Origin: Octopus sinensis
Taxonomy: Eukaryota
Direction of reading: 5' to 3'
Length of the DNA: 64,000 bases
Assembly: GCF_006345805.1 (NCBI RefSeq)
Contig: NC_043015.1
Span: forward strand, 7,812,001 to 7,876,000
Positions 1 to 14,084 of this stretch are shown in pieces. A model generated the notes under the pieces. That model saw only the letters and a program-made list of their open reading frames with translations. It was not told the DNA's origin and did not search any database. Position numbers and translations under genes: made by a program. Position 1 is the first letter of the stretch, and each line of letters starts with the position of its first letter.

Positions 1-2086
1 TCATGCTAAATCTAATATAGGTCTTTTGAAAGCTAACCTGCCAATATTATATACAAGATAATAGAATGTAGTTTCATTGATTTAACATTCACATTGTTTA
101 TTACTATTTCCTTGTCCAGTGACATTTAAATAGAATTATTTTCGGTGGTGATTTCCATTACGGAGTGACTTACTACATTAGCTTCCGAGGAAAAGAAACA
201 CCTGATTATATCAACCCAAGCATTTAGTTAGCACTTGATTTATTGTGCTTAATTATGAAATGCAAATTCTACCTCTGCGAGATTCGAACTAAAGAGTTAA
301 AGATTTGGATTTGTAACAAAATATCACGAGCATTTCGTTAACCTAACCGATCCCAAACATTTTGTTTTAACATAAGTCGTCCATTAAGTGTAGACTTTGT
401 AAATGTTTTACCTTATAAATGTTTTACATTATGTTACAGATTATCGCGTTTACGACACCCCTCAAAGCCAATTACGAATTTTAATCTGCAAGGATAACCA
501 ATAATTACTTAACACTAAAGGCGACACTTCTTCTTACGTTCCTGTTTCTCTCTACTCCCACCTTCGCTATCTTAATCTGTCTATCATACTTCTTTGTCTC
601 TCCCATAATCAGTTACATCATATTATAAGCAGCATGAGTTGCTGTATTAGCACAGTTTAGAGAGCGTGGTTTACAGACTGTTCTCATCCAGGTTGCATGA
701 AACACTGTTGAAAGTAAACATCGACGGATGCTGCAGACTAATTCGTGTGTTATATGGCACAGAGTTGTAATATCATGTTTCGCTTCAAAAATATATGACA
801 ACCCGTCGACCTATACACATTGCATAGAACAGCATAAATTAGTAGGGCATTGAAATGGTGCAATCATTTGAACGAAGGGTTGAACACTGGAATAATTAAC
901 GTAAGAAATAACGAAGGAATCTCAACCACACATTAAACAATAGCACTGAAACAGTGACAGTTGCCTGTTTAGAAACAGTTCTATTTAGAAAATCCCTTGA
1001 GTTTAGACGCAATGGAATTTTCTTTTAATATTTAAGACTTAGTGTACAGTTAATATAGAATATGTAAAGAACATAATCGATTACGTACATGACAATCTCC
1101 TTGTATCATTGACTCCATATAAAGAAAAACAAAATCAGCTTCTGTGGAATTTGAGCTCAGAACGCAGAGGAATGTAACTATATACATTGTAACATATTTA
1201 CAATGTAGTTTTTACCACTCTATTGGCATTTTACTTAGTATAATATTACAGCGATCGACCGTATTGCTGATTCAATTTTATTCTGATGTTACACATTATT
1301 GAATTAATGATCGCAGTTCCTATAAATCATCGATTATTTTTCCTTCGTAACTAACAACTATTTATAGTATATACTGGATGGTAGAAATTTTATTCCATTT
1401 CTTAGCAAAATTTCAATTCACTTATATTATTGCAATATTCAGAATTGGCATTCCGCGACACCTGATGAAATTCGTTAATTTTGTTTCTCTGTATAATCAT
1501 AGAAAATTTTTAGGTTGTTTGCATAAACGCTCAAATCCTTAAGGGAAAATGTTAAAACGAAACATTAAATTAAATGATAGCTTTTCAATTTTTTTTTTTA
1601 TCTTTGTATAGAGAAAAGTCTAAAATGAATAGTCATTGGATCTTTTCTTTATAACATTGTGATACACACTAATTTCATCACCAAACAAGAAATGATGGGT
1701 AATTTTGATTCAATAATAATTTCCCCTATGATTAATAAGAACCTCAGTTATATGGCTTGAATATTTCGTGACCATACTCATCTCTTAATATACATGAGTA
1801 ATTTTTTATTCTTTCAATAATTCCCATTATTTGAATCGCAGCACTCTCATACCAACGAGAAATTTGAAGCAATTATATAAATTCCAGTATATGTATATTT
1901 GTTAATTAAGCTTGTCGATTTTTGTTTTTGTACTTATCGAATACACACCTGAGATTTTTGAGATCATAGTTCACAAACATTGATACACACACAAATCTAT
2001 GTTCGAAATGCAGTCATACGCCTGTACCTTCACATCTATCTATCTATTTCTCTGTCTATCTATCTACATGTCTGTCTGTCTCACTG

Positions 2087-2167
<81 letters not shown>

Positions 2168-2228
2168 TTCTATGTATTTATCCAATTCTTTGCTCATACA
2201 TACACTCACACAAACACACATACATACG

Positions 2229-2259
<31 letters not shown>

Positions 2260-3487
2260 CTAATCATGTATAAATGCGAACCTATATATATATATATATA
2301 AAACCTTATACGTGAGCATATATATATATACCTTTTATAATAAGAGATATATATAATCGCATATAGATACGTGTGCTCGTGTATTTGCACGAGCACGCGT
2401 GTGTATGTGTGTTTATGTGTGGCTGCATGTAAATATGCGATAATCTTCTGCAGGGTATAGAATTGATTGCAAATTGAACTTCTTAACTGCTTCCTTAATT
2501 AATGCGCCAGCCAACTGGAAAAAAATATATATGTATTAACATTCTTTTACTTGTAGCTTTATTCTCTGAGAAATGCTGGATAAACTACGGAGTTCTTTCG
2601 AAAGTTTGGGAATGTATCAGAACACATGTTTAACCCTTATTCTTCGTTGATCAAAGGTTCTGACGCAAAATGCTATTTAGTTCCCCGTAGATTTTCTTGT
2701 TTAATATGACCTGCTTTTGATTGTATTGCAGAAATTCAATGTAATGCATTTATACCATATCTGCCTTGTGGTTCTACCTACATAGCCCAGGTAACCCTTC
2801 CTTGCATGATCAGAAATATGAAAACTGACATTGGATCAACGACAATTCACTCTCTATCTTTTTGTCTCTCTCTCTCTCTCTCTCTCGCTCTCTCTATGTG
2901 TATATGCATGTGTTTGCGTGTGTATGTATGTATAGTAGTTTCCTTCATTAGACAAAAGTCTTGTTCCAGTTGGGCGCCGTCTTCAGATGCAATGTACCGA
3001 TGGCATTTTACATTTGGCAGCGCTATTATTTCTCCAGCTTGGATGCAAGAGGTTTGCATGAGAGGGGGGAAGATTGAGAGAAGAAGAAGAAGAAGAATGG
3101 GAGTGTAAGCACGTAATCGTAATGTTTATAACTTCGGCAGATATAAAAATCATATCGTAGAAAGCTGGAGCAAACCGTAAGACATTCTATCCAACACTAT
3201 AAAAATCCGCCAGCCCATCATCTAAGGTACGGTGCGTCTGGTCTGAGAGGAATTTAGGGAGAGTGTGTTGCTATTTTATGCAACGAGAGAGACGGGATCG
3301 GTGTATTTTAATTTAGTTTATGTCTATCGACGTTGTTATTCATAATCAAATGTAATTTTTGAGGCAAAGAAATATCAAAATATTTTATAATGCTAAGCAT
3401 ATTTCGAAGAAAATCTGTTGAAGATTATCTTATTGACTACACATTATTCTTTGGTATAATCCTGCGTTTAACAAGTATTCCGTTTAC

Positions 3488-3688
3488 AAGGCGGTGAGGT
3501 GTCGAACTCGGGAGCTCCCCGTGCAGAATTCTTTGCGGAATTTTGTCCGTCCTTCCATTCCGAGTTCAAATTCCACCGAGGTTGACTTTGTTTTCAGTGT
3601 CAATAAATTAAGTACCAGTTGAGAATTGACGTTTGATGTAATCGACTCATCCACCCACCGAAATCGCCGTGTGCTAAATTTTGAAAGC
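3488..3688 (+). mobile_element. Degenerate SINE family A copy
   Basis: Contains gagttcaaattccaccgaggttgactttg...aataaattaagtaccagttg...gatgtaatcgact, collinear with the well-preserved copies at 6812, 9325, 22183 and 38205. Confidence 0.75.
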
Positions 3689-6600
3689 AGAAAGTATTAC
3701 ATTAATGGAAGGATTTGCTACATTATCCTTTTTAAAGTAAATGTCACTTACTTTATACTATATTAAAATGAACTTCGTTATGATTCCCGTTGGCCTTACG
3801 TATTCTCACACCACAACACGTTGCCAAGCAAATAGAGCAAAGCGACAGTTTGAAGAATATAAGCTGTTTATATAAACGTTTATAAACTATTTCTTATTCT
3901 TCCTCGGGGGTTATTTTGTTTGTCTTCTACTGTTAAAAATTTGTGACAGTCATCATTATATTACGAGTATGCATATAAGGTTCATATTTAAACATTGAAT
4001 CATAAAACATTATAACTGAAAAAGTTGACCTCCAAACTGACATGTCGCACGTTATAGACGGCTATACTTAATGAAAAATATTAGAAACATCAGTAAAAAT
4101 TTCATTTAGTTAACTTCAAGAAGACATGTAATCATTAATATGTGTCCATAAACTTTCTCGACTCCTTCAGACATAGCTCTGCATGATATTTTTTGCATAC
4201 GAGAATAAAAAAAAATATATACGTAGGAGTAATGCGAAAGATATTTCAGCATGTATATACCGTAAAGAACAATACATTGTTTATATTTCTGACTTGAATT
4301 ACATTTCAAAGGATTTAAGACTGTCCTGCTTATTCGTATATCCTTCTATTAAACCTCTTGGACTGTATCTCCAACGACAATCAAACATCTAAAAATTTAT
4401 AATCAAATAGCATGTTTTAAATTCCACAATATTCTAAACGGATTTCAAACCACAAGATAAGATGAAATACTAGTTAAGTGCAAAAAAGATGAGCATGTCA
4501 ACCTCAAGCACTAACTCAATACACGCTGTCCCCACAAAAGGAACTTGTATAATATACTGGTATTTTTATATTCTCTCAGAAGCAACATATGCCAGAAGCA
4601 ACATATTTCGAAATGACGTTCGTCATATTTAAGACTTCCCCACATTTTTAACAGCAGAAGGCTAGCGAAATAACTACTGAGAAAGAATATGAAATAGTTT
4701 ATATACAGTTATATAAGCAGCTTATAGTCTTCAGAACTGTCGTTTTGCTCGGTAATCTTGGCTATATATTGTGGTGAGACGTTACACTGGACTGAAGGGA
4801 AAGAAAGGGTAAATTTATTTAAAGGTAGTACAGATTAAGTGACATTTAGCAGAAACACAAGGTCAGGACAGACTAAATAAGAATTTAACCCATGATGTTC
4901 AAGAAATCACCAACTCAACGTTAGAGTGTGTCATAAAGAAAATTTGCTTGCTATTTCTAGCAGGTTGATCGAAAGCGCAGGCGTTCTGTGGTTCGTTTAT
5001 ACTGAATAAGTCAGCGTGTGGAATTATAATTCCAGCACTATCCACAATCTAGAGATATGTTTGTCGATTTCACATTGATAATGACATTAGCCACTTGTGT
5101 ATCGTCGGCACTAATGACAGGGAGGTGGTCAGTTTATTTGACAGTTATGTTTCTTAGACAAAGATACAGGGTTTTTACCACAAACACCGTACGAACACGG
5201 TCAATTTATTAGTTGGCTTTCTGCTACAATATCGAATCAACGATCAGAAAGATTAATGTTTACCAATCGTCATATTTGTCTTCGCTCTATTGAACTTTCA
5301 CCTAAGTATCGGAGAATTCGATTTACACCTCAAAGCAGCTTTGGACATTTCCTTAGAGCTTAATTTTCATTCTCTTCTGTCTTCACCTTTAACTGATTTA
5401 TAACAGTATGAATCAACATATCCATTAAATTCGACCGTTATGTTGAAGGAAACTTGTATTGAGAATAATTTATGCACATTCAACATAAGGGTAATTGATT
5501 ATGCGAAAAGGTATTAATCTATGCAATCTGTTTAACTTTATTAAAGGAAAATATTTATTTAGATATCGCAAGTTTTGCCTTTAAACATCATACATATAAT
5601 TCATTTTTATTCCCTTGAAACCGATAATTTAAAATATATTCCGCAAATACCAGATTCAGAATTTATTTAATATATATCTGTCTCCAAATAGATTAATTTG
5701 TAGATCTGCTCTGTATTTCTGTGAAAATTACGTAGATTCACGTGGCTAACACTGTGATCATATAGACAAAATATGCTTATGAATTTCGCTTAATTTTTGA
5801 CGCTGTTCTCTAATACAAAGGGTGATTAGTTGGCAGCTATTTCAGATCGTTAAATTAAATGCATTTCACTGTTTAGTCGGTCTCGTTAAACTGTATCTTG
5901 GCTTCTAGTTAAGCAAGGGTTTAATTTAGCTTTCATATCACTTCGCTTGATAAAACAAGTATGATTAACATGCTGACAAGTATTCGATCGACTATACGTG
6001 TTCTCTTAATCACAAGTGGTAAATATAGTTGAATAGCATACTGTTGTGTTGATATAATACGTAATTTAGATATATATCGTATATAACATTGCTCGAACAA
6101 TATACATTATTTTCGTTTTAGTGGTGATGGACAAATTAGCCGTAGGTAATAAATTTGCTTGAGTAGCTCTAATTTAACAATTTGTCCCATTACAATAGGT
6201 TTCCATTTTCACTCTATCGATAATAGTTGTAAGAGTTCAGTAAATATCTGTTAATTTTAGTTATTCAATACAATACAGTGTGTTTTTCTAGACGAAATAA
6301 GTGACATACAGAAACAAGCTGCCGTCGCCCAGCTAATAAAGGTCAAATTTACATTGCAATTAATAGAATCAACATATTCACGTTTATCTAAAATTGTGCT
6401 AAATGTTAGTTTTTAAACCATATCAGAAAAACACTGCTACCTAAAAAAATAAATGCATGCATGCTAATTCTAAATAAAAATCTGTAAAATCTACCTAAGA
6501 GCCAGTTTCTCTTTATTAACTTGGAGAAGATTCACGTTAACGAAACTCACAGATCTCTACCATATCTTTGGTCCTTAAAGTATTTGTATACAGCATAATA

Positions 6601-6811
6601 ATTGCAATAGAAATAATAATGTAAATTTGAGCACACCAGCGACTGAAATGTCACCACGGACATGTCATTTTGTTTCTGTAAACACACAGATTAATGCTCC
6701 ATACCATCCTGTTCATTGTATCATTTGAAATACATATTAAATGGATAGAGACCAGGACCAGTTAAAACCTACGCGAGGTTACGCTTATCTATGGTACTTT
6801 GTGTTGTGTAA

Positions 6812-7020
6812 GGTGGCGAGCTGGCAGAAACGTTAGTACACCGGGCGAAATGCTTTGCGGTACTTCATCTGTCTTACGTCCTGAGTTCAAATTCCGCCGA
6901 GGTCGACTTTGCCTTTCATTCTTTCGGGGTCGCACTGGGGTCGATGTAATCGACTCAATCCGTTTGTCTGTCCTTGTTTGTCCCCTCTATGTTTAGCCCC
7001 TTGTGGGTAATAAAGAAACA
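6812..7020 (+). mobile_element. tRNA-derived SINE family A, with internal deletion
   Basis: Head ggtggcgagctggcagaaacgttag, B-box-like gagttcaaattcc, central gtcgactttgcctttcattctttcggggtcg, tail gtttagccccttgtgggtaataaagaaa. High identity to the other family A copies in this window. Confidence 0.9.
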
Positions 7021-7057
7021 TGTAATTTGTGTTGTGTGTGTGTGTGTGTGTGTGTGT

Positions 7058-7103
<46 letters not shown>

Positions 7104-7562
7104 AGCACTTATGACCAATTATATTCTTCCAGAATTCATGCTACATCCGAAGTCCAGTGAATGGTGTTATACTGAGCGATTGGAAGTGGAATACGCACTC
7201 GAATCTGAATATTGAGTCCTAAACAATAACCTGTTCCACCACCAAAATATACTGCTGACGACAGAAATTTTACGTGTATTGGACTAGGTCGAAAAAAAAA
7301 ACTTTTATCAGTTGAGATCAATCGAGTAATTAGAAAAGGAAATGATAATAAAGAGCAGCTATCGTTATATTTTCTGATTTTAAACAACACTGGAAGGTGA
7401 CTTACCAACTAATTGCTTGAATAGCTTAGACGATCGAAATTTATTACACACTCTGCTACACATTAAAAACCTGCAGTAGGCTATTATAAACTTCTCATAT
7501 AAGAGAAATAGAAAATATCAAAGTATGATTGTGTAAACGATTGGTTCTAATATAGATTGAAT

Positions 7563-7837
7563 AATACAGTTCTATATCTGAGATATGAGGAATTATGTAC
7601 ATCGTTTACATTATTTACATTATTTATATTTGACGGATATTTGTCCTCATCTTCTTTGTTGGTGACATAACATTTCGGCTGATATACCCTCCAGCCTTCA
7701 TAAGGTGTCTTGGAGAAATTTTGAACCTGGGTTCTCATTCCGAAGGTATTTTTTGATATTATTATTATGGTCACTTCCTGGAATCGAACTCGGAATCTTG
7801 GGGTTAGTAGCCCGCGCTTTTAACGCTATGCCATATT
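7563..7837 (-). mobile_element. tRNA-headed non-autonomous element carrying a hammerhead motif (Penelope-like/retrozyme-like)
   Basis: On the minus strand: A-box-like tggcatagcgttaa, anticodon-like arm ggg-ctactaa-ccc, B-box gttcgattcc (7780-7789), short (taa)n, then an HHR-bearing body and an AT-rich tail. The body recurs inverted at 7857-8008. Confidence 0.7.
7665..7708 (-). ncRNA. Degenerate minimal type I hammerhead ribozyme
   Basis: Minus strand ACAC-CTTATGA-A-GGCTG(gagggtatat)CAGCC-GAAA-TGTT-ATGT. Stem II is intact, but the core has G5>U, C15.2>U and a stem I mismatch, so it is probably inactive. Confidence 0.6.
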
Positions 7838-7856
7838 CCCACGGGTATACCTTAGG

Positions 7857-8008
7857 AATACCTTAGGAATGAGAACCCAGGTTCAAAATTTCCCCAAGAC
7901 ACCTGATGATGACTGGAGGGTATATCAGCCGAAACGTTGTGCTAACAACAAAGAAGATGAGGATAAATATCCGTCAAATATAAGTAATATAAATAATGTA
8001 TATAATGT
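7857..8008 (+). repeat. Inverted partial duplicate of the 7599-7750 element body
   Basis: aataccttaggaatgagaacccaggttcaaaatttccccaagacacc...gatgaggataaatatccgtcaaatataag is the reverse complement of 7599-7750, with scattered substitutions. Confidence 0.92.
7899..7942 (+). ncRNA. Minimal type I hammerhead ribozyme motif
   Basis: ACAC-CTGATGA-T-GACTG(gagggtatat)CAGCC-GAAA-C-GTT-GTGC. The CUGAUGA and GAAAC cores are intact, stem III is the palindrome AACGTT, and the predicted triplet is GUU. Stem II and stem I each have one mismatch. Confidence 0.7.
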
Positions 8009-9324
8009 TAGCTAGAATATTTTGATAATTATTTTGCTTGAAGTAGTTATAAAACTCTACGTCTTGTATTGCGGCATGATATAAATATTTCACTTGCTAA
8101 GGATATCTCTACAGATTGACTATAAAAATTATATTTTGCACTGATTTGTTACATATCACAATACGTTTAAAGAAAACAATGCAACCGAAGATGGAAAATA
8201 CAAATGGGTGTATATGCATATTTCAGGGGTTCTTGTTCTTCTTCAGTATTACTTCCAGCCCATTAGCCATCCATGAATTTAGGGTTAGGGGTGGGGAAGG
8301 ATATCTTTTTTTTCTTCACAAATGTAAATAAACCCAATCTGTTTCTTAAACGAGGGACATATTCATACAGCACGGAATTGTTTTTTCTCCAAATGGAGGT
8401 CAGCAATGGGTTGAAATTGCCGAAATGCTCGGAATTAAAGTCGAAATATGTTACAATATATAGAATAAGGCCAAGAAAAAAATGATGTTTTATAAACACA
8501 TTCTACCAGTATACGAAGTTTAAAAGAGTTTAGTTAACTAGAAATTGTGTTGAAAACTGCCATTCAAAAGGAAAAGATCCATAAATGTAGCAGTTTACCC
8601 CATTGGAAATACCAATATTATATTTGTCTTTAATGTGAAGATAATATTTGGCCAATGATTTTACTGAAATTACTCTTACTATGTGCAACTTATGTCATAG
8701 ATTTTTGAGAGTTAGTCTCAATCTTTCAACCAGATAAATATCACTGCATGGTCCTGAGTGTAGTTCTTTTGTTGGAGTGTAGTTCTTAGGGGAGTTCTTT
8801 TGTTGTGAGCATTAGGATTATTATGCTTTACATTCTGCTACTTTAACAACTGTAAAATTATTTACCAAAGCAGGGGCATAGGGATAAAAAAAAAATTTAA
8901 ACAAGGAAATGAAGGGAATCGATTGCCTGAATTATTTAAATGTCTTTGCAGTACGTAGTTCAATTCTTTGCATTTTTAGTCTTAATTCCACCCAGTTCGG
9001 CACTTTTAATTAAATACCTGTCAATTACTCTAATCGACTAATTCTTCTCTCTCTCTCTCTCTCTCTCTCTCCACTCTTTATTTATTTCTGGAAACTGTAG
9101 AACAGTCAGCATCTACAAGGTGTATGTAGGTTTAAGTCAGAATATTAGGAACATTTCTCACAATCGTTACTCTGTAAATCACCCAAAGAAACCAGGGAAG
9201 GCACACCGGTTTGTGTTGAATGGCATTGAGAATTTAGTTTTAAAACATGGGAAATACGGAGGTTTGACCGAGAACCCACTGTTTGTCGTAGTTTTTTGTC
9301 AATATCATGTTTCTGATAATATGT

Positions 9325-9549
9325 GTTTCTTTATTACCCACAAGGGGCTAAACACAGAGGGAACAAACAAAGACAGACAAAGGGATTAAGACGATTACAT
9401 CGACCCCAGTACATAACTGATACTTAATTTATCGACCCCAAAAGGATGAAAGGCAAAGTGGACCTCGGCGGAATTTGAACTCAGAACTTAACGGCAGACG
9501 AAATACGGCTACGCATTTCGCCCGGCGTGCTAACGGTTCTGCCAGCTCG
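9325..9549 (-). mobile_element. tRNA-derived SINE family A
   Basis: Near full-length reverse complement of the family A sequence, running from tttctttattacccacaagggg to ctgccagctcg. Confidence 0.92.
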
Positions 9550-10139
9550 GTAATGGACAACATGCTTGGTAATTGAGAATTTAGAGACAAAGAGAAGGTG
9601 AACATTGGAGACCAGAAAGGGAAACGGCAATAGAAGAGTAAGCGGGGGAGAGAGGCAGTTGTTAGGTAGCAGATGGGAAAACGAGAGGTAGAAGGAGAAA
9701 GTGTGATAATAGTAGTTTCGCGTAGCACCAAGTGAACTCTGACCTGCCAGGCACCCAAGCGTTAATAACTAGATATTTGCGCGCATGTGTGTAAAAGGGA
9801 CTGCATTGTTCAATGTCCCACTTTTTTTTTATTTAAAGATAAAACTATAATAATAGTTGAGGGAATTTCGTTATGTTTATTTCATTTTGTATTTTTTATC
9901 TCATTCAAAATCGATAAAATATCCAGCGTAGTAGTCAACTGCCGTCAGCAATTTTCCTCGTCTCCCTTCCTCTCTATCTTTTCACCTGTCAGTCTTCCTA
10001 AAACCCACATGGTCTCCTATCAAATGCTTACACTTTCTTTGTGGAATCGGCCACATCACAAAGAAAATGGAAAGAAACATTTACTCCTCAGCCCCAAGAC
10101 AATGATATGAAGTAGGTCAGCGCAGAGAGATGGATGGAT

Positions 10140-10415
10140 GCGTGTGGAATAAGCATGTTCTGCAAAGAATTAGATTCAGGCTCAGTCCGTGGGCAAGTGT
10201 CTTCTACTATGATCTGAACCGTCCAATGTTTTATGTGTGAATTTATGAAGCGGAAACAGTGTGGAAGCCCTTCGTAATACATGCATATATATTTTTTGGT
10301 TGAATGTGTATATGCGTTTGTGTGTGTGCGTGTTCGCGCGTATTGTCATGTGTTTATAATTATCCTACAACCATCGCACAACCACCAGTGTTGGTACCTT
10401 TGCGTCTCCGTCACA
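10140..10415 (+). mobile_element. Degenerate SINE family B copy
   Basis: gggcaagtgtcttctactatg...gcggaaacagtgtggaagcccttcgt...ccatcgcacaaccaccagtgttgg is collinear with family B. Confidence 0.65.
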
Positions 10416-11454
10416 TGGAAAAATAACCCATGGTATCAGTACTAGACATAAAAACAGGAGCTCGAATACACACGTTACTATAATTCCTACGAGACTGTGC
10501 TCCAGCACGATCGAGGTCCAATGGCAGAAGCAAGTAATAAATGAAATATAAAAAGAGACAGAAACGATAGAGAAATGGAGAGGAAGAGGTTGACGGAGAG
10601 GAGTAAATCTAATGTATGAGGAAAGCATTTGAGTGCACAGTCAACTATGAAACAAGTGCGTGATTCTTGAAGGAAAAACGAGAGGAAAAATGGATTTTAT
10701 CGTGTACTCAATAGGGGGATTCAATAATGCCTCGATATACGAATTAATTTGTTCCCGGAGAACGTACGTAATGCAAAAACTCGTAAAGCAGACCATTAAT
10801 TTCCCATGGTAGCAGTGTTATGAATCCTAATTCGTTCCCAGAAAAATATTTCATTTGTAAAATGTATAATACTCGTAAATGAATGGCAATAAAACAACAG
10901 TAGAATATAGAGAATATGTTATGTAAAGTAAAAGGGTTGTCAAAATAATTCATAATAAAAAATATTATTATTATTATAATCGTTTTCTGGATCACTTTCA
11001 ATCGCCTTAGACTCGTGCACACCGTCCCACCGATTCACAAGCACTCGTAGACGGACATGTAGATTTCATTTAAAATAAACAAGTCGTGTTTTGTTGTGTC
11101 TGGGGAGAGTCATACTACCTTAATATCTAAGCCATTCACCAGTTCAACACTAAATGATTCCCGGACGTAACACTTTGGAGTAAATGTATGTGTGGGAATG
11201 TATATCTCTTTGTGTGTCTGTATGTTTACCTGTGTATTTGTGTGTTAAAATATACGTCTTTTTGTGTACTGTGTGCGATAGTGTGTTTCTCTCTACATAG
11301 CATGTGTGAATGTGTCGTGTGCTTATGATGTTTTGTATGCATGATGCGTACAAGCACGCGTGTATATGTATGTGATGTATGTGTGTCTGTATGTATTGTG
11401 AGTGTGTGTTTGTACGAACGTATGTGTGCGTGTGCGCGCGCGTCTATGTATATT

Positions 11455-11780
11455 CTTTTATTCTCTTATTTTTTTCAGTCATTTGACTGCGGCCATGCTG
11501 GAGCACCGCCTTTAGTCGAGCAAATCGACGCCAGGACTTATTCTATGTAAGCCCAGTACTTATTCTATCGGGGACGTAAACACACCAGCATCGGTTGTCA
11601 AGCGATGTTGAGGGGACAAACACAGACACATAAACACACATGCACACACACATATATACGACGGGCTTCTTTCAGTTACCGTCTACCAAATCCACTCACA
11701 AGGTGCCACGCAGTGAGACTGAACCCGGAACCATGTGGTTGGTAAGCAAGCTACTTACCACACAGCCACTCCTGCGCCTA
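11455..11780 (-). mobile_element. tRNA-derived SINE family B (CORE-like, OR-type), two internal deletions
   Basis: Reverse complement of ggctgtgtggtaagtagcttgcttaccaaccacatggttccgggttcagt... through ...gcggtgctccagcatggccgcagtcaaatgactgaa. Matches the copies at 15258, 17906 and 36074. Confidence 0.92.
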
Positions 11781-12601
11781 TGTATGTTTGGTTTTGTAAA
11801 TGTACACAAACACACTTTTACATACGTTGTATCTCAGTTCACATTGTGCGTACGTCTTAGCACATGTATAGCTCTTTCTGTATGTGTGTATGTGTGTCCT
11901 TTTATGTCTTTTCAGTGTATATGTACATTCGTATTGAATGAGTGTATAGTGTATAATTATTTGCACATATGTGTGTAAGTGTGATTGTTTTCTTTTCCGT
12001 AGATTTGCTTGTGCTTGAGTGTATCTGTGTTTGTTTGAGCGTATTATATTTCACACACACACAAACACACATACACACACATCCCTCAACAATCATTCTT
12101 ATTTGTTTTGTCTTATCTAGGGTTCCCTCAACGAAAATCATTCAACTCAAAAACAACAGAACCAAACACAGCATTGACTTATAGCATTATGAAACGTTGC
12201 TGTTCGCTATACTGCCAATGTGTAACTATTTTAATGGACCAATTAGGGAAAATATAGCCTTTAGACTATATTATGAGTCATCAGACGTATATTGATCTAT
12301 TGATTTTCCTGCGTTTCTTTCTTCCTTTATTCACCGTTTTCTCTGTTTTGCTGAATAAGATAAGAGTTCATAGTCTTAAGACATAAATGCTTTTGTTTAT
12401 ATATTCATTTATTTTATTTTTTATTTATATATGAACGATTCTTCTCCATATCATCACAGCTGACTGTTAGGGTGTTATTGTTTTTTGTTATTACTGTTGC
12501 TGCTATTTTTTCTTGTTTTCTTTTGATTTTTAGTGTTTGCTAACACTACTGATGCCTCTACGACTTCTATTTCAGCTGAATTAAAGTAACAACATTATTG
12601 G

Positions 12602-13315
<714 letters not shown>

Positions 13316-13457
13316 AAATGAAAGAAAGAATGGAGTTGAACGAACGAATTTGCTACCCAGGTATCGGTTAACCGAATTATCCATACTAAGATAATTCATT
13401 CAACTACTTATATATATATATATATATATATGAATATACATACATACATATATTAAT

Positions 13458-13520
<63 letters not shown>

Positions 13521-13917
13521 AGTAGTACTCGACTGGTAATTTAATTTATCTATTCGATAGAATAGAAAACGAAGTTGAGAGAGGACGGATCTGGGCTGAT
13601 AGACACCGGAAAGCTGATAGACAAAGGAAAAAGAATGCCGGTAAACATTTTGTCCGAGGCACTAACCATTCTGAGAGCGCACTGTCAAATTACTGTTAAC
13701 AACAGCAACAACAATAGTAATGATTAAAGTTTCAAATTTTGGCTGAAGTTCAGCATTTTTCGAAGGAGAGAATAAATCGATTATATCGATTGTGACTTTC
13801 AATTCATACTTCGTTTATGAATCCCGAATAAATGACAAGTAAAGACGACTTCAGCAGAATTTTCGCTCAATAATCATAATGGTTTCAAACCTTTTCGCAG
13901 GGTCATAGTTTACGAGT

Positions 13918-14080
13918 AAGTCGATCACAGTGGCCCCAGTGCTCATCTAGTACTTATTTCATCGGACTTCGGAAAGCTGAAAGTCAAAGTCGACCTATAC
14001 AGAATTGGAACACGGAAGGTAAAGGCGGATGAACTGCCGCTAAGCATTTTGGCTGGTGTGCTAATGCTTCTACCAGCTCC
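13918..14080 (-). mobile_element. Degenerate SINE family A
   Basis: Reverse complement reads ggagctggtagaagcattagcacaccagccaaaatgcttagcggc...gtcgactttgactttc...gagcactggggcc. A further decayed copy lies at ~13740-13865. Confidence 0.75.
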
Positions 14081-14084
14081 TTTT

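Noticed and set aside
1457-1475. gacacctgatgaa and other isolated CTGATGA words (e.g. 58516)
   Set aside because: No stem II hairpin or GAAAC follows, so they are not hammerheads.
7769-7837. Genuine tRNA-Ser(ACT) gene
   Set aside because: The acceptor and D stems are incomplete and the sequence is fused to a repeat body, so it is treated as a SINE-like head.
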